Both the position numbers and the translations under genes were made by a program. A model generated the notes under the pieces. It did not search any database and had not been told where the DNA came from. It saw only the letters and a list, made by a program, of their open reading frames with translations. A stretch of 64,000 bases of DNA from Streptococcus sp. (GTDB lineage: Bacteria; Bacillota; Bacilli; Lactobacillales; Streptococcaceae). How positions within the stretch are numbered: the stretch's first letter is position 1; every line of letters starts with the position of its first letter. Shown here one piece after another: positions 1-12,600 of the stretch. The stretch lies in NCBI GenBank assembly GCA_030528055.1, contig JAUMZQ010000004.1, positions 15,160 through 79,159 of the forward strand, read 5' to 3'.

Positions 1-552
1 TAAACCGATGAGTAGCGAGCGATAAGCAGATGACTGATTTTCAAAGTTCCCTCCAAAATGCTCTTTCTCAAGCGCTCTGATAGCTCTACGACGGTTAATC
101 TGAGGAACCTTTATTCCTAGTTTTGAGACTCTATCAATTAGCGCTTCATCCGTCCAAGTATCTAGTTCTTTTCTATAGTCTAAAATTTTATCATGAGAAA
201 CCGATCCTCCTAGATGATAGCCCTCTAGTAAACTCTGGATGTAAAGACCTGTTCCTCCAACAATAATCGGTGTTTTCCCTTTTTCAACAATCGTTTGGAT
301 TGCGTGTTTGGCTTCATTCACAAAGTCAAAGGCAGAATAGTTTTCCGTTACATGACGAACATCTAGTAGATAATGCGGGATTCCTTCTTGTTCTTCTTCT
401 GTAATCTTGGCTGTACCAATGTTTAATCTTTGGTAAACTTGCTGACTATCACCGCTAATTACTTCACCATTAAAGCGATGAGCAACTTCGATACTTAGCG
501 ATGTTTTCCCAACTGCCGTTGGACCTACAATAACAATTATTTTGGTTTTCAT
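1..552 (-). CDS. miaA: tRNA dimethylallyltransferase, partial (continues beyond window start)
   Basis: Minus-strand translation gives [18 protein letters not shown]... with a P-loop GPTAVGKT and a MiaA-like body; ATG at 550-552; no stop inside the window. Confidence 0.8.
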   Translation of the reverse strand, partial: MKTKIIVIVGPTAVGKTSLSIEVAHRFNGEVISGDSQQVYQRLNIGTAKITEEEQEGIPHYLLDVRHVTENYSAFDFVNEAKHAIQTIVEKGKTPIIVGGTGLYIQSLLEGYHLGGSVSHDKILDYRKELDTWTDEALIDRVSKLGIKVPQINRRRAIRALEKEHFGGNFENQSSAYRSLLIGL

Positions 553-634
553 CTTTTTTCCTTGAAAAAATTTCAATTTTTCGTTACTATATATTATAAC
601 ATAAATAATTGAAGTTCAGAAAAGGAGAATTCAC

Positions 635-805
635 ATGGCTAAAGGATTTGCAAAAGGTGTTGTTACAGGCGTTGCTGGTACAGTTGCGGCTGTTGCAGGT
701 GCGGTTTACGCCTTTAAGAAAAAAGTAATTGAACCTGAAGAAAAAAAAGCAGCTTTCATTGAAGAAAATCGTAAAAAAGCAGCTCGGAGACGCGTTTCAC
801 ACTAA
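635..805 (+). CDS. small hypothetical protein, 56 aa, Gly/Ala-rich N-terminus and basic C-terminus (DUF3042-like)
   Basis: RBS AAAGGAG sits 7 nt upstream of ATG 635; translation MAKGFAKGVVTGVAGTVAAVAGAVYAFKKKVIEPEEKKAAFIEENRKKAARRRVSH; followed by a terminator. Confidence 0.5.
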   Translation: MAKGFAKGVVTGVAGTVAAVAGAVYAFKKKVIEPEEKKAAFIEENRKKAARRRVSH

Positions 806-823
806 TAGCTATTTCAAAAATAA

Positions 824-862
824 AAAATCATTAGAACACCATTTCTAATGATTTTTTATTTT
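824..862. terminator. bidirectional rho-independent terminator between the small ORF and hisK
   Basis: Inverted repeat aatcattagaa/ttctaatgatt flanked by an A-run and a T-run. Confidence 0.6.
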
Positions 863-870
863 GTTTTTAA

Positions 871-1611
871 TTATAATAATTGTTCTGGATCGATTCCATG
901 GGCTAGCAAAATTTTTTCTATTTTGTCAAAATGTAGACGAAAATGTTCTAAAATATGTCCGTCAGAACCAACTGAAAATTTCTTACCACCTAATTCTTGA
1001 ACCAAACCTAATGCGTAAATGTATAAATCCTCATGATGATACAGATACATTGATTTGGAATTCAGTTCAAAAGCTAAATCGTAATCAATCATTTTTTGAA
1101 ACATTTGACGAAGTTGTGGTTCAAATTTTCTTAAGTCCTCAACAGTCAATTCAAATTTACGAAATCCATAGTCAAAATGCGCCAATACATCTGCTGGAAT
1201 GCGTTCTATGGCTTGTTCTACTTCTTTTAAATAAGTAGGAATGAATTCATTTTTATCTAATTCCAAAACCTGATCTTCTAAATAATCAAATGTTCCATTA
1301 TGATGAACGGATAATAACTTCAAATCATAATCTTTATCCTTCAAAAAATCTAGAATATCTGCTTCTCTTGGAGCATAATAGCCAATCTCAATGCCCTTTT
1401 TAATGCGAAAACCATATATTTGAGAAAGTTCTGCTATCTTTTTTGAATAAGAATCATAATCTGGGACATCATCGCAATTTCGTCCTTCAACAGGATTGGA
1501 TAGGTCAAAATGTTCTGTCGTCACGATCTCATCATCATAGTGACTCAGATAGTCTTCAAAATCCGTTTGTGAATCGTAAGAAAAATAAGTATGGAGATGA
1601 TTGTCTCGCAT
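871..1611 (-). CDS. hisK: histidinol-phosphatase, PHP family
   Basis: 246 aa; PHP-type metal-binding His/Asp pattern (NHLHTYFS..., HHNGTFDY); last gene of the his operon. Confidence 0.8.
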   Translation of the reverse strand: MRDNHLHTYFSYDSQTDFEDYLSHYDDEIVTTEHFDLSNPVEGRNCDDVPDYDSYSKKIAELSQIYGFRIKKGIEIGYYAPREADILDFLKDKDYDLKLLSVHHNGTFDYLEDQVLELDKNEFIPTYLKEVEQAIERIPADVLAHFDYGFRKFELTVEDLRKFEPQLRQMFQKMIDYDLAFELNSKSMYLYHHEDLYIYALGLVQELGGKKFSVGSDGHILEHFRLHFDKIEKILLAHGIDPEQLL

Positions 1612-1664
1612 GTTGTATCCTCGCTTTCAAACTATATAAACATATGCTTATCAAACTGATGTCT

Positions 1665-1979
1665 TTAATATTCCTCAATTTTAGAGCGTTCTTGAAGTCT
1701 GCTTTGTTTCCCTTGTCGTTCTCGCAAAATAGCTTCCACCTGTTCCAGACTAACACCTGTTTCAACCAAGGCAACTGCCAAATGGTATAACAAATCTGCT
1801 GTTTCGTTGGCTATTTCTTCTTTATCCTGATTTTTAGCTGCAATAATTACTTCCGCAGCTTCTTCTCCTACCTTTTTTAAAATTTTGTCCAATCCCTTGT
1901 CATAAAGATAGTTTGTGTAAGAACCTTCTTTAGGATTATTTTTCCGCTTTACAGCCTCGTTATATAAATTTTCTAACAT
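1665..1979 (-). CDS. hisE: phosphoribosyl-ATP pyrophosphatase
   Basis: 104 aa with a MazG-like HisE motif (EEAAEVIIAAKN...ETADLLYHL). Confidence 0.85.
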   Translation of the reverse strand: MLENLYNEAVKRKNNPKEGSYTNYLYDKGLDKILKKVGEEAAEVIIAAKNQDKEEIANETADLLYHLAVALVETGVSLEQVEAILRERQGKQSRLQERSKIEEY

Positions 1980-2066
1980 ATTATTTCCTCTCTGTTTTCT
2001 ATTTTTTATTTTATCGAAAAACTCAGAGTAATGAGCACGTAGAAATATGAATTCAAAACAACTAGT

Positions 2067-2393
2067 TTACTCTGACCAAATATCATTGAAAAAACAGCTT
2101 CTAGCACCCGTGTGGCAAGCTGGACCTATCTGTTCTACTTCAATTAGTAATGTATCTCTATCACAATCCGTTGTAATTTTTTTTACATATTGGTAGTGAC
2201 CACTGGTATCTCCTTTGTGCCACAATTCATTTCGTGAACGACTCCAATACCACATTTCTTTTGTTTGAAGAGTCAGTTGATAAGATTCTTCATTGAGATA
2301 AGCCAACATCAATACTTGTTTTGTCTTATAATCCAGAATGATTGTTGGGATTAGCCCATCTTGTTTTTCAAAATCTAAAGAAATAGTTGTCAT
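2067..2393 (-). CDS. hisI: phosphoribosyl-AMP cyclohydrolase
   Basis: 108 aa; conserved HisI block [17 protein letters not shown]...CDRDTL. Confidence 0.85.
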   Translation of the reverse strand: MTTISLDFEKQDGLIPTIILDYKTKQVLMLAYLNEESYQLTLQTKEMWYWSRSRNELWHKGDTSGHYQYVKKITTDCDRDTLLIEVEQIGPACHTGARSCFFNDIWSE

Positions 2394-3151
2394 GATAAAC
2401 GCACCTCTATTCCTGCTTTTTTCATTTCTTTTTTAGTTTCTAGGATAGAAACTTGACCATAATGAAAGATAGAGGCTGCCAATGCTCCTGTTGCCGATGT
2501 TTGCTCAAAAACTTCTAGGATATCCTGACTATTTCCCGCTCCTCCTGAGGCAATAATCGGTACTGAAACAACTTGTGATACAGCCTGCAACATATCAATA
2601 TCAAAGCCAGATTTCGTCCCATCTTTGTCCATACTAGTGAGTAAAATCTCTCCTGCTCCAAGTTCAACAGCTTCTTTTACCCATTCTAACAAATCTCTGC
2701 CCGTATCAATGCGACCGCCTGCTACATAAACATGCCACTTATGATTGGCAACCTTTTTGGCATCAACAGCCAAAACAACACATTGGCTACCAAATCTGTG
2801 AGCACATTCACGGATGAGTTCTGGTCGCTTTAATGCAGAAGAATTAACAGCTACTTTATCTGCACCAGCTTTTAACATCCTATTCATATCTTCATCAGAC
2901 CGAATGCCTCCTCCAACAGTAAAGGGAATAAAGACTTGTTCCGCTACTCGTCTGACCATCTCAACTGTTGTATCACGCTCCTCATGGGTTGCAGTGATAT
3001 CCAAAAATACTAATTCATCACAACCTGCTAAATAATAAGTTTGAGCAGCTTCTACAGGATCACCTACATCTTCTAAATTGACAAAATTGATTCCTTTTAC
3101 AACTCGACCATCTTTAACATCTAGACAAGGAATAATTCTTTTCTTTAACAT
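2390..3151 (-). CDS. hisF: imidazole glycerol phosphate synthase cyclase subunit
   Basis: 253 aa; HisF TIM-barrel motifs ([22 protein letters not shown]). Confidence 0.9.
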   Translation of the reverse strand: MLKKRIIPCLDVKDGRVVKGINFVNLEDVGDPVEAAQTYYLAGCDELVFLDITATHEERDTTVEMVRRVAEQVFIPFTVGGGIRSDEDMNRMLKAGADKVAVNSSALKRPELIRECAHRFGSQCVVLAVDAKKVANHKWHVYVAGGRIDTGRDLLEWVKEAVELGAGEILLTSMDKDGTKSGFDIDMLQAVSQVVSVPIIASGGAGNSQDILEVFEQTSATGALAASIFHYGQVSILETKKEMKKAGIEVRLS

Positions 3152-3882
3152 GAACTATCCTCTTCTATCTTTTTTAATTCTTGGAGACTGATATTTCCAT
3201 TATAGTAAGCTTTCCCAACAATAGCACCAGCTAAACCTAGTTTGTTCAATTCTTCTAAGTCCGACAGTGATTTAATGCCTCCTGAAGCAATCACTTTTGC
3301 CTTGCTTAGTGCTTTTTGAAGTTTTTGGTAGTGTTTTATATTGGGGCCAGTCAATGTGCCATCTCGATCTACATCTGTATAAACAAAGAGACGAACACCT
3401 AGTTTTTCCATTTCTAAAGCCAACTGGATATAATCTACATTACTCGTTTCCAGCCAACCATTTGTTGCCACCATCCCCTTTTTAGCATCAATTCCAACCA
3501 CAATTTTTTCAGCTGTAAATTGACGAATCGCTGCACGAATAAAATCAGGTTGCTCTACTGCCATTGAACCAATAATAACCCGATCGATTCCACTTTCTAG
3601 ATAATCTTTGATTTGTTCTAAGCTACGAATACCACCTCCAACTTCAATTGCTAAATCTGTTTCTTGTTTGATTTGAGCAATTAAGTGACGGTTGGTTGCT
3701 TTTCCGTCTAAAGCACCATCTAAATCCACTACGTGAATCATTCGTATTCCAGCTTCTTTAAACAAACGTGCTTGTTCTACTACATCTGGGTGAACAATTG
3801 TTTTTTGTTGAAAATCACCTTTGACCAAACGAACTGCTTGACCGTCCTTAATATCAATAGCGGGCAGAATGTTCATAGACAT
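3145..3882 (-). CDS. hisA: ProFAR isomerase
   Basis: 245 aa; HisA motifs ([28 protein letters not shown]). Confidence 0.9.
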   Translation of the reverse strand: MSMNILPAIDIKDGQAVRLVKGDFQQKTIVHPDVVEQARLFKEAGIRMIHVVDLDGALDGKATNRHLIAQIKQETDLAIEVGGGIRSLEQIKDYLESGIDRVIIGSMAVEQPDFIRAAIRQFTAEKIVVGIDAKKGMVATNGWLETSNVDYIQLALEMEKLGVRLFVYTDVDRDGTLTGPNIKHYQKLQKALSKAKVIASGGIKSLSDLEELNKLGLAGAIVGKAYYNGNISLQELKKIEEDSSC

Positions 3883-4477
3883 ACTCCTTAAAATTCTTTA
3901 AAATTTCTAAACCAACTGTTCCTGATTTTTCTGGATGAAATTGACATCCAAAAATATGATTGTTATGAATCATCGCAGGAACTAAAAAACCATATTCAGC
4001 TGTAGCATCTATATATTCCACTGGAACATCAGTATAATAACTGTGGACAAAATAGACAGATTGATTCTCAATATTAGCAGTTAATGGGGATTGTTGCCTA
4101 ACTTCTAAATCATTCCAACCCATATGTGGAATAGGAAAACCTGCTTGTTCAGGAATTCTACGACAAGTTCCTGGAATTAATCCTAGTCCTTTAGTTTGCC
4201 CATTTTCCAAGCCCTCTTCTAACAATAACTGCATTCCTAGACAAATGCCTAGAATAGGACAAGCATGACGAACAGCATCTTGTATAACATCTATGAGGTG
4301 TCGCTTTTCTAACTCAGCCATAGCTGTAGGAAAGGCACCTACCCCCGGTAAAATCAAACCATCTGCCTTGATAATATCTTCTCTTTTTGCCGATAAACGA
4401 GCTTCTACACCAACACTATCTAACGCTCTCAAAACGTTGGCTGTATTTCCTGCACCATAATCAATGACTATTATCAT
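3854..4477 (-). CDS. hisH: imidazole glycerol phosphate synthase glutaminase subunit
   Basis: 207 aa; class-I glutamine amidotransferase with GICLGMQ catalytic Cys; overlaps hisA start. Confidence 0.9.
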   Translation of the reverse strand: MIIVIDYGAGNTANVLRALDSVGVEARLSAKREDIIKADGLILPGVGAFPTAMAELEKRHLIDVIQDAVRHACPILGICLGMQLLLEEGLENGQTKGLGLIPGTCRRIPEQAGFPIPHMGWNDLEVRQQSPLTANIENQSVYFVHSYYTDVPVEYIDATAEYGFLVPAMIHNNHIFGCQFHPEKSGTVGLEILKNFKEYVYEHSARY

Positions 4478-5061
4478 GATAAACTTCCTTTAGTTGAATT
4501 AACTCCATGAATTTCTGGATTGAATGTGATTGCTTCACGCAAAGCACGACCAGTTGCTTTAAAAAGACTTTCTGCTTTATGGTGACTATTTTTTCCATGA
4601 AGAATTTTTAAATGCAAGTTCATTTGCAAATTAAATGCTAGAGCTTGGAAAAATTCTTCCACTAACTCTGTGTCAAAATTTCCCAATTTTGGATTGTCAA
4701 ACGAAGCATCAAAAACTAAATAGGAACGCCCCGACAAATCTAGGCTAGCCATTCCTAAGCTTTCATCCATTGGAACAAAACTTGTTCCATATCGATTGAT
4801 TCCTTGCTTGTCTCCCAGTGCTTGATGTAAAGCTTGTCCTAAAACAATACCGACATCTTCGACCGTATGATGACTATCCACCCATAAATCTCCCTCTGCC
4901 TGAACCACTAAAGACAGACGTCCATGACGAGCAAAAAGAGTGAGCATATGGTCAAAAAATCCGATTCCTGTGTTGATTTGAACAGGTTCTTGACTATCTA
5001 AGTTCAATACAATATCCACTCTAGTTTCTTGCGTTTGACGTGTTATTTTCGCTTCTCTCAT
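4474..5061 (-). CDS. hisB: imidazoleglycerol-phosphate dehydratase
   Basis: IGPD motifs (D.HH..E); the ORF extends to 5085, but [10 protein letters not shown] (5061) matches a typical HisB N-terminus and avoids overlap with hisD. Confidence 0.85.
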   Translation of the reverse strand: MREAKITRQTQETRVDIVLNLDSQEPVQINTGIGFFDHMLTLFARHGRLSLVVQAEGDLWVDSHHTVEDVGIVLGQALHQALGDKQGINRYGTSFVPMDESLGMASLDLSGRSYLVFDASFDNPKLGNFDTELVEEFFQALAFNLQMNLHLKILHGKNSHHKAESLFKATGRALREAITFNPEIHGVNSTKGSLS

Positions 5062-5074
5062 CTTCTTCTCTTTC

Positions 5075-6355
5075 CTATTTTTCATTTCTCAGCTCAATAG
5101 CTTTGGCATGCCCTTGTAAACCTTCTGCATACGCCAAACTGGTAATATCTTTCTCAGCTAGTTTAACGGCTTCCTTGCTGTACTGAGTGTATTGGATTCG
5201 CTTAATAAAATCATGGACACCTAAAGCCGAAGAAAAACGACTTGTGCTAGTTGTTGGAAGAACATGATTTGCACCAGCATAATAGTCACCAATCGGCTCA
5301 CTCGTATAATGCCCAAGAAAAACAGAACCTGCATTTTCCACTTTTGGTAAATACTGATAAGCATCGTCCATGGCAATTTCTAAATGTTCCGGTGCTATTT
5401 GATTCATCAACTCAAACATATCTTCTACTGTGTTTGTAATAATAATACGACCATTATTTTGGATAGAAGCTCGTGCGATTTCTTCTCTAGGAAGTTCTTT
5501 AAGTTGGCTTTCAAGCTCCAATTCCACTTTGTCGGCTAAGGTTGAAGAATTGGTTACCAAAATAGCTCTTGCTAATTTATCATGCTCAGCTTGTGATAAA
5601 AGGTCGGCTGCTACATAAGTTGGATTAGCTGAATCATCTGCAATCACACCAATTTCTGATGGCCCTGCAATCATATCAATACCAACAATCCCATAAACTA
5701 ATTTTTTTGCTGTTGCAACAAAGATATTACCAGGTCCTGTTATCTTATCTACTTTTGGAATTGTCTTTGTGCCATAAGCTAAAGCAGCAATTCCTTGTGC
5801 TCCACCAACTTGGAAAATTCGGTCTACACCAGCTAATTTAGCGGCAACTAAAATAGCTGGATTGAAATTTTCTTGTGGTGGGGTAATCATGATAATTTCT
5901 TTAACACCAGCAATTTTTGCAGGAACAACATTCATTAGAACAGAAGAAGGATACGCTGCCGTACCTCCGGGAACATAAATACCGACACGCTCAATTGGTC
6001 GAATAATCTGACCGCGAATAACTCCTTGGCTAGGATTGTCTTCAAATCCTTTTTCTAATTGCTGTTGATGATAAGATTCGATATTACTTTGGGCGTTTTT
6101 TAAAGCAAGCAAAACATCTGCATCTATTTTTTCAAAGGCTTGATCAATAAGCTGTTGACTGACTTCTAAATCTTTTAATTCCACATTGTCAAATAGATAA
6201 GAATAATACTGCAAGGCTGCGTCCCCATCTTTTTTAACTGTATTCAAAATTTCATTCACAGTGTTTTCAACATCAAGATTTTGTTGACTTAGCTCCAATT
6301 GTTCTTCATATAAAATTGTTGATATTTCTTTATTAGTACCAGTTAATCGTTTCAT
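5075..6355 (-). CDS. hisD: histidinol dehydrogenase
   Basis: 426 aa; HisD signature region (...GPSE...AEHD..). Confidence 0.9.
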   Translation of the reverse strand: MKRLTGTNKEISTILYEEQLELSQQNLDVENTVNEILNTVKKDGDAALQYYSYLFDNVELKDLEVSQQLIDQAFEKIDADVLLALKNAQSNIESYHQQQLEKGFEDNPSQGVIRGQIIRPIERVGIYVPGGTAAYPSSVLMNVVPAKIAGVKEIIMITPPQENFNPAILVAAKLAGVDRIFQVGGAQGIAALAYGTKTIPKVDKITGPGNIFVATAKKLVYGIVGIDMIAGPSEIGVIADDSANPTYVAADLLSQAEHDKLARAILVTNSSTLADKVELELESQLKELPREEIARASIQNNGRIIITNTVEDMFELMNQIAPEHLEIAMDDAYQYLPKVENAGSVFLGHYTSEPIGDYYAGANHVLPTTSTSRFSSALGVHDFIKRIQYTQYSKEAVKLAEKDITSLAYAEGLQGHAKAIELRNEK

Positions 6356-6996
6356 TTAAAAGCCACCTCTTTCGTTCCGACAAGGGATTCTATTTTCTCA
6401 ATAAAGGGCATTAAGTCAGCGTTGTTTTTCAAAGATGCTTGATTGGCAATCAGGCGAGTAGAGATACGGCAAATATCTTCGAAGACAATTAGCCCATTAG
6501 CAACTAAAGTATTTCCTGTTTCAACGATATCAACAATCGCATCTGCTAAGCCTAGAACAGGAGCGATCTCGACACTCCCTTGAATAGAAATAATTTCGAC
6601 ATCTTCGCCTTTTTTATTAAAATAATCTGTTGCTACACTAGGATATTTTGTTGCAATCCGCTTACGCTTATGATCATGTGGCTCATAGGTATTCACCGAA
6701 GCCAGCGAAAACTTACATAAACCAACATTCAAATCTAGCATTTCCAAGTATCCACTCGGATGTTCTAGTAAAATATCTTTTCCTACAATTCCAATATCAG
6801 CCACTCCATGACGAACATAAGTCGTTACATCTGGTCCTTTAACCAACAAAAATCGAAAATTCCCATCCGGACTTTCAAAAATAAGATTGCGTCCTTTATT
6901 CTCCATAAAAGTCATATCCAAGCCAACTTTATTAAACAACTTGACCGTATCCTTTTCAATTCGTCCTTTCGTTAGAGCAATGGTAATTTGACTCAT
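6352..6996 (-). CDS. hisG: ATP phosphoribosyltransferase, short form
   Basis: 214 aa short HisG; paired with hisZ upstream. Confidence 0.9.
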   Translation of the reverse strand: MSQITIALTKGRIEKDTVKLFNKVGLDMTFMENKGRNLIFESPDGNFRFLLVKGPDVTTYVRHGVADIGIVGKDILLEHPSGYLEMLDLNVGLCKFSLASVNTYEPHDHKRKRIATKYPSVATDYFNKKGEDVEIISIQGSVEIAPVLGLADAIVDIVETGNTLVANGLIVFEDICRISTRLIANQASLKNNADLMPFIEKIESLVGTKEVAFK

Positions 6997-7002
6997 TGGA
7001 CA

Positions 7003-7977
7003 TCACCTCTCATCCTCATTTTGTAAATCATCATGAATAGCTTGATACACACTATCGATATCTAGAGCCCATCCAATAGCAGTTAACTCTTTGGCACCAA
7101 ATCGGTTGAACAGTTTATCGTAACGACCACCTGATAAAAAGGCATCTGGAACCTTATGACTAAATACCTTGAATGTCAATCCGGTGTAATAAGATATCTG
7201 TTGTACTTGCCCCAAGTCAATCGTTGTCTGAGGAAGAATTTTTGATAGTTCTTGTATAACAGATTCTAAATCTTCTAAGGCAAGTAAAATTTGATGATTA
7301 TTAACTAGACTTCTAGCCTTATCAAGCACTTGTTGACTCGGACCAAACAAACTAGGAAGATGTTGCAAAAAATCAGTAAATTCACTAGGATGTTCTTTGG
7401 TAAATTCATGTAGTTTTGTTATATTTTTTTGTCGAATAAACTCTACTAGCTGAGTTTGTTCTGTTTCTTCTAAATTTAATTGTTTTAAAATAGTTTCCAA
7501 GATAGTGGCATGTGAAAATTCAAATTGATAGGATTTGACCTGTGCTAAATCCAAGGCTTCTTTAGCTGAAACAATCGCTTCTACTACCGCTTCTTCAGCT
7601 GGATAACCGACAATTTCAACACCCGCTTGACTATGCTCATTAGCTAGCCCTCTCAATTCTTCATTGTAGAGAAAAACTTTACCAGAATAAGAAAACTTAA
7701 TTGGTGTATGCACTCTCGTTGAAGCAATCACACGTCCAATTTGGCTTGTTACATCCGGTCTTAAAATCAGTAATTCTCCTTTCTTATCAAAAAGATGATA
7801 ATGATTTGGAAGAATAGCATCATTAAATACTTCAAAATGCTCTAAAGTTGGAGTTTCTATACGATTAAATCCCTTATTCATTAATAAATCGCTGATATTT
7901 CGTTCAATCTCATAAGTAACACGAGCTCGTTTAAATAGTTTGTCATGCATTCCATTTGGAAGAGTGACTTTTTTCAT
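7003..7977 (-). CDS. hisZ: ATP phosphoribosyltransferase regulatory subunit (HisRS paralog)
   Basis: 324 aa with a class-II aaRS-like fold and no anticodon-binding domain; adjacent to the short hisG. Confidence 0.85.
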   Translation of the reverse strand: MKKVTLPNGMHDKLFKRARVTYEIERNISDLLMNKGFNRIETPTLEHFEVFNDAILPNHYHLFDKKGELLILRPDVTSQIGRVIASTRVHTPIKFSYSGKVFLYNEELRGLANEHSQAGVEIVGYPAEEAVVEAIVSAKEALDLAQVKSYQFEFSHATILETILKQLNLEETEQTQLVEFIRQKNITKLHEFTKEHPSEFTDFLQHLPSLFGPSQQVLDKARSLVNNHQILLALEDLESVIQELSKILPQTTIDLGQVQQISYYTGLTFKVFSHKVPDAFLSGGRYDKLFNRFGAKELTAIGWALDIDSVYQAIHDDLQNEDER

Positions 7978-8070
7978 ATACGCTTCTCCTTGTTTTAGCT
8001 AGAAAGAGAGAATAAAATGAGTTGAATTCATACCGCTAAACTAATACAAATTTCTACAATAATCTCATTC

Positions 8071-9141
8071 TTATTCATTTTTTATAGTTTGTGACATGCA
8101 CTTCACGATACATGCCAATACCTGTTCCATTTCATCTGCTCGACCAATCGAAATTCTCAGATAATCTTTTATTTTGTTCACTTTAGGAAAATAACGAACA
8201 TAGATGCGATTTTCTTTGAGATAAGAAAATAGTTTTTCAGCTGAAATCTTAGTTGGCTTCACCAGTAAAAAATTAGTGCGGCTAGGCAAAACTTCAAAAC
8301 CTAATTTTTCTATTTGTTTAGCAAATTGATCGCGGACATCTTGGATAGATTGAGCCGTTTTTTCATAATATTTCCAGTCTCTAACTGCTGCTAGAGCTAG
8401 ATTTTCTGCTATCAAGTCTACTGAGTAAGGATTGATTGAATTTTTTATAGCTTTCATCAACTGAATCAAATCGGGATGCCCGATACCATATCCAACCCGC
8501 AAACCTGCCAAAGCTGCATCTTTAGAAAAGGTTCGTGTGATGAATAAATTCTTGTATTTATCTAACAACGAGAGAGCAGATTTTCCACCAAAATTGATAT
8601 AGGCTTCATCAATAACAACAACTACTTCTTCATTTGCTTGTAAAATGATTTCCAATTCATCAAGCGATTTATAAATACCTGTTGGAGCGTTTGGATTTGC
8701 TAGAATAATTCCACCATTTTCCACCAAATAATCTTGACTATCAATCGTAAAATCAGCAGTTAAAGGAATTTCTTTATAGGGAACATGGTATAAATCTGCC
8801 CAAACTTTGTAAAATCCATAGGTCAAATCAGGAAAAAGAACAGGAATAGCATCGTTGAAAAATGCTAGAAAAGCCATGGACAAAATGTCATCACTTCCAT
8901 TTCCTATAATAATTTGTTCGGGCTGCAAATCGAGTTGGTCAGCCAATGCCTGAGTTAATTCCGCTTGATCCAATGTAGAATATTTCCGAAGACTATTAGC
9001 ATCGAAATTTTTCATCGCTTCTACTACTTTTGGACTTGGAGAATAAGCATTTTCATTGGTATTTAGTTTGATAATTCCCTCCTGCGCGGGTTGTTCACCT
9101 GCTACATAGGGAGTAATTTTTCTCAATCCTCTTAATTTCAT
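8071..9141 (-). CDS. hisC: histidinol-phosphate aminotransferase
   Basis: PLP aminotransferase class I/II (...[12 protein letters not shown]); start taken at MKLRGL (9141) with RBS AAAGGAAG; the ORF could extend to 9177. Confidence 0.85.
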   Translation of the reverse strand: MKLRGLRKITPYVAGEQPAQEGIIKLNTNENAYSPSPKVVEAMKNFDANSLRKYSTLDQAELTQALADQLDLQPEQIIIGNGSDDILSMAFLAFFNDAIPVLFPDLTYGFYKVWADLYHVPYKEIPLTADFTIDSQDYLVENGGIILANPNAPTGIYKSLDELEIILQANEEVVVVIDEAYINFGGKSALSLLDKYKNLFITRTFSKDAALAGLRVGYGIGHPDLIQLMKAIKNSINPYSVDLIAENLALAAVRDWKYYEKTAQSIQDVRDQFAKQIEKLGFEVLPSRTNFLLVKPTKISAEKLFSYLKENRIYVRYFPKVNKIKDYLRISIGRADEMEQVLACIVKCMSQTIKNE

Positions 9142-9242
9142 TGTATCTACTTCCTTTCTCTGAATGTTGGAAATCATTGCTACTAATTTTTAGTAAAATC
9201 TGCCCTTTTCGTGCTTCTTTCAGCTTTAAAAGATAAATAAAA

Positions 9243-9500
9243 GCCCTCGCAAAAAAAATTGCAAGGACGTTGTAATACGTGGTTCCACCTTTTCTTTAGA
9301 ACTTGGTCACCCAAGAACCCTCATGAAGTACAAGACTCCTGATTTGTAACGGAAATCAACCGTCGAACACTACTTTCTGTTATTGATTTTGCATTCGCAC
9401 TCAAGAATGTGGGATCTAAGGATTGCATGCCTTCTCACCTAGCGGCACTCTCTGTCTGTTGTCTTAGATGCTTTCTCTCATCGCTTTAAATTCTAGATTG
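9243..9500 (-). promoter_or_regulatory. T-box riboswitch leader of the his operon, probable specifier CAC (His)
   Basis: On the minus strand: UGAUGAG K-turn-like start and AGAGAG box; candidate specifier CCCAC-A (RC of plus 9409-9411); T-box AAGGUGGAACCACG (RC of 9277-9291); terminator CCUUGCAA-U8-GCGAGGG followed by a U-rich tract. Confidence 0.75.
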
Positions 9501-9506
9501 TTGAAT

Positions 9507-9535
9507 ATTCTACATGATTTTTTTGAAGAATGCAA
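9507..9535 (-). promoter_or_regulatory. sigma-A promoter of the his leader
   Basis: Minus-strand TTGCAT, 17 nt, TGTAGAAT. Confidence 0.6.
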
Positions 9536-9610
9536 GAGAAAATTGTAAAAAAGTGTTATTTTTTTGAATAAATAATTATTTTTATCCTTAAAATCGTTAT
9601 TTATTCGGAT

Positions 9611-9642
9611 AAAAAAAGCATTTGAATCATTTATTCAAATAC
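9611..9642 (-). terminator. addA terminator
   Basis: Hairpin gcatttgaat/attcaaata followed by a T-run on the minus strand. Confidence 0.55.
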
Positions 9643-9651
9643 TTTTTCATC

Positions 9652-12600
9652 CTATTTCACCTCTACAACTTGAATGTCTTTTCCTCCAAGCAAAATAAGA
9701 TACTTTTCAATGGTTTGAATTTCATAAGAACGTGCTAACGCTTCAGCATAAAGCGATAATTGACTGTGATACCGTTCTACTAATTCTTCAGGAAAATGGT
9801 ATTTATCGGTTTTATAGTCAAAAAGGACAATGCGATCATCAAAAAGAAGATAGCCATCTAAAATTCCCCGCACTACAAAATCCTGCTTGCTCATCGGATC
9901 TATTTTTAACATGGCAAAAGGAGCTTCTCGGTGTACCTTATCCGGATGTTTCATAATCATTTCTCCCAATTCAGTATCAAAGAAAGAAACAATCTTTAAC
10001 AAGTCAATCCGGTTCTTAACTTGCTGTTCAACCGACATCTGCTTGAGTATCTGTTTCAGCACCGATTCTGTTGGTTTTTTCTCCAATGGAACTCGTTGCA
10101 TCAATTCATGAATGGCACTTCCTATTTGTGCACCAGACACCTGCCCTTTTTTATCAAAACAAGGTAATTCAAAATGAATGGTAGAATTTCTATTGCTAAC
10201 CGGAGTTTCCCTCATAATTTCTACACCATCCACATCCATAATTGGTTCATAAAATTTCTTAATCTGACTCGGTGTCCGAACACTAGGCAGGTTGATTGCG
10301 GCTGCATATTGGCTATTTAGTGCATCTACATTAGCTAGAATATCTAGGGCTCTAGCGAGATCTTCAGTTTGTCGATTGTTGGCTAAATTATCAATCTGAA
10401 TTGGACTTTTCTGTTGAATAGAACCAATTTTTTCCATTGTTAACTCATTATCCATCACAAAACGCAAATCAAATGATAAATTTTCCTGATGAAATACCGT
10501 TTTAATGGCGAAAATCCAGTCTTGAAAAGAATGAAGTTCTTTTCTAATTTCTGTATCTAAACGTCCATTGCAGTTTTTACCCCAATTTTTAGCTTCTAAT
10601 TTTTCTTGTTTCCCTTTACCAACCAGATAGAGTTTGTTTTTGGCACGTGTCATTGCTACATACAACAATCGCATCTGTTCTGATAAACTCGCGAGATGAA
10701 GTTCCTCGGAATTTTTCTTATAGGGCAGTGTATCCATTGATATATGTACGGTGGAAGTTTCTTGGGTTTCAGCTGCAGATAGCAAAACATCTGCTACATA
10801 CTTAATTCCGATTCCGTTTTTTCGACTCAAGATAATGGATGAGTGGCTGTCTTGCTTGTTGAAAGCCTTATCTAAATTTATTAGAAATACATACTTAAAT
10901 TCTAGCCCTTTACTTTTATGAACGGTCATTAGATGAACTGCATCAACTGGAACAGCTGGCATCACGCTTGCTAAGTCATGTTGATTGGCTAAAACTCTAT
11001 CAATCATACTTACAAAACGAGACAGACCTTTAAAGCTCGTTTTTTCGTAATCATTTGCTCTTAGTGATAAAGCATAAAGATTGGCTTGTCTATAAGCTCC
11101 ATTTGGCAATGCACCTACAATATCATAATAAAAACGATCTTGATAAATTTTCCAAATCAAATCATAAAGAGAATGGTTTTTTGAAAATAATCTCCAATCT
11201 TGAAGTGTCTCTTCAAAATGTTGTAATTTCTTTTTAAAAGATGGGCTAATCAAGTCAGGTTGCGAACCTTTGTTTTTTAGAGCATTCCTTAACTTTTCAT
11301 AAAAATTTTCCTGTGAATGAGATGAACTCTCTTGCAAACTAAGACGTGCCAACTCATCTTCTGTAAAATTAAACATGGGAGACTTTAATAAAGCCACCAA
11401 AGCATAGTCATTTAAGGGATTATTTATCGTTCGTAGAGTATCTAGCATGACCATGACTTCTACAGATTGCAAATAATTGTCTTCTCCTCCATCTGGAATA
11501 ATCGGTATATCAAACTTAGCAAATTCATTTAAAATAAGATTATTTCGCGTTCTTGATGCTGTTAATAAGGTAATATCTTTAAAGGCTACGCCCTCTTCAT
11601 TATGAAGACGGATAATTTCCTTAATGACCAAGGCTACCTCGCTAGCAGAAGTGACATCTCCCTCATCTTCGTCAGAATCAGCGACAGAGTCATCGTACAA
11701 TAAACATTCCGCCTTATAAGAAGGATGAGCTATTTGGTTGCTAGGATTTCCTGCAACTAAATAGTGAGTAAGATTGTAGTCAATCTCGCCTACTTCTTCG
11801 TCCATCAAATGTTTAAAAATATCATTCGTTGCTTCTAATACTTCTACATGACTACGAAAATTTTCCTTCAAGACAATCAATTTCCCTTGAAGAGGATCTG
11901 CCTGATAACGTTTAAACTTATCATTAAAAATTTGCGGATCGGCTTGACGAAAACGATAGATAGATTGCTTAATATCTCCCACCATGAAGCGATTCTGTCC
12001 ATTGCTTAACAATTCCAACATTCTCTCTTGCGTATGATTGGTGTCTTGGTACTCATCAACCATGATTTCATGGTATTTTTCTTGATAAAAAGTACGAACT
12101 TGAGGAAATTCTTCCAAAATCTGGATAGCAAAATGACTAATATCTCCAAATTCAAAAACGTTTTCTTCTTGCTTGCGTTTCAGATACATTTGAGAAAAAT
12201 CCAGTACAAAATCTTTTAGTAACTCTAAAATAAGATTGCTGTCTTCTTGGTATTTCTCCATAAACTCCAACTGAAAAAATTGAGAGTTCAAACCTTTTAA
12301 AGCTTCTATGAAAGGTTTTCTTGACTCATTAAAATCTTTTGCAACTTCTTTTTTATAATCGTCCGCTGTTTTTCCAACACGAGCTGTAAAGGCCTGAGCA
12401 TTATAAGAAAGTACTTTTTGCAAAACGTTTAAGATTGTTTCTTCTTTTGCTATTTCATTCAACTGGGCGATTTGCTCCAGTACGTCTGCGATATTTTCTT
12501 GGTATTTAGCTTTTTTAAATAGTTGCCCCTCACCCTCTAAATGTGAGTGGAAAAAAGACTCTAGGTCAAATAAAGCATGCTTGACCTTTTCAACTAGTTG

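Noticed and set aside
861-1238. 125-aa plus-strand ORF antisense to hisK
   Set aside because: Lies entirely within the well-supported hisK coding region on the opposite strand, has low-complexity Ile/Leu-rich sequence and no RBS; it is antisense noise typical of AT-rich DNA.
1443-1790. Overlapping ORFs in both orientations across the hisK-hisE junction
   Set aside because: They overlap hisK and hisE in other frames, and hisK/hisE have clear family motifs; no independent signals.
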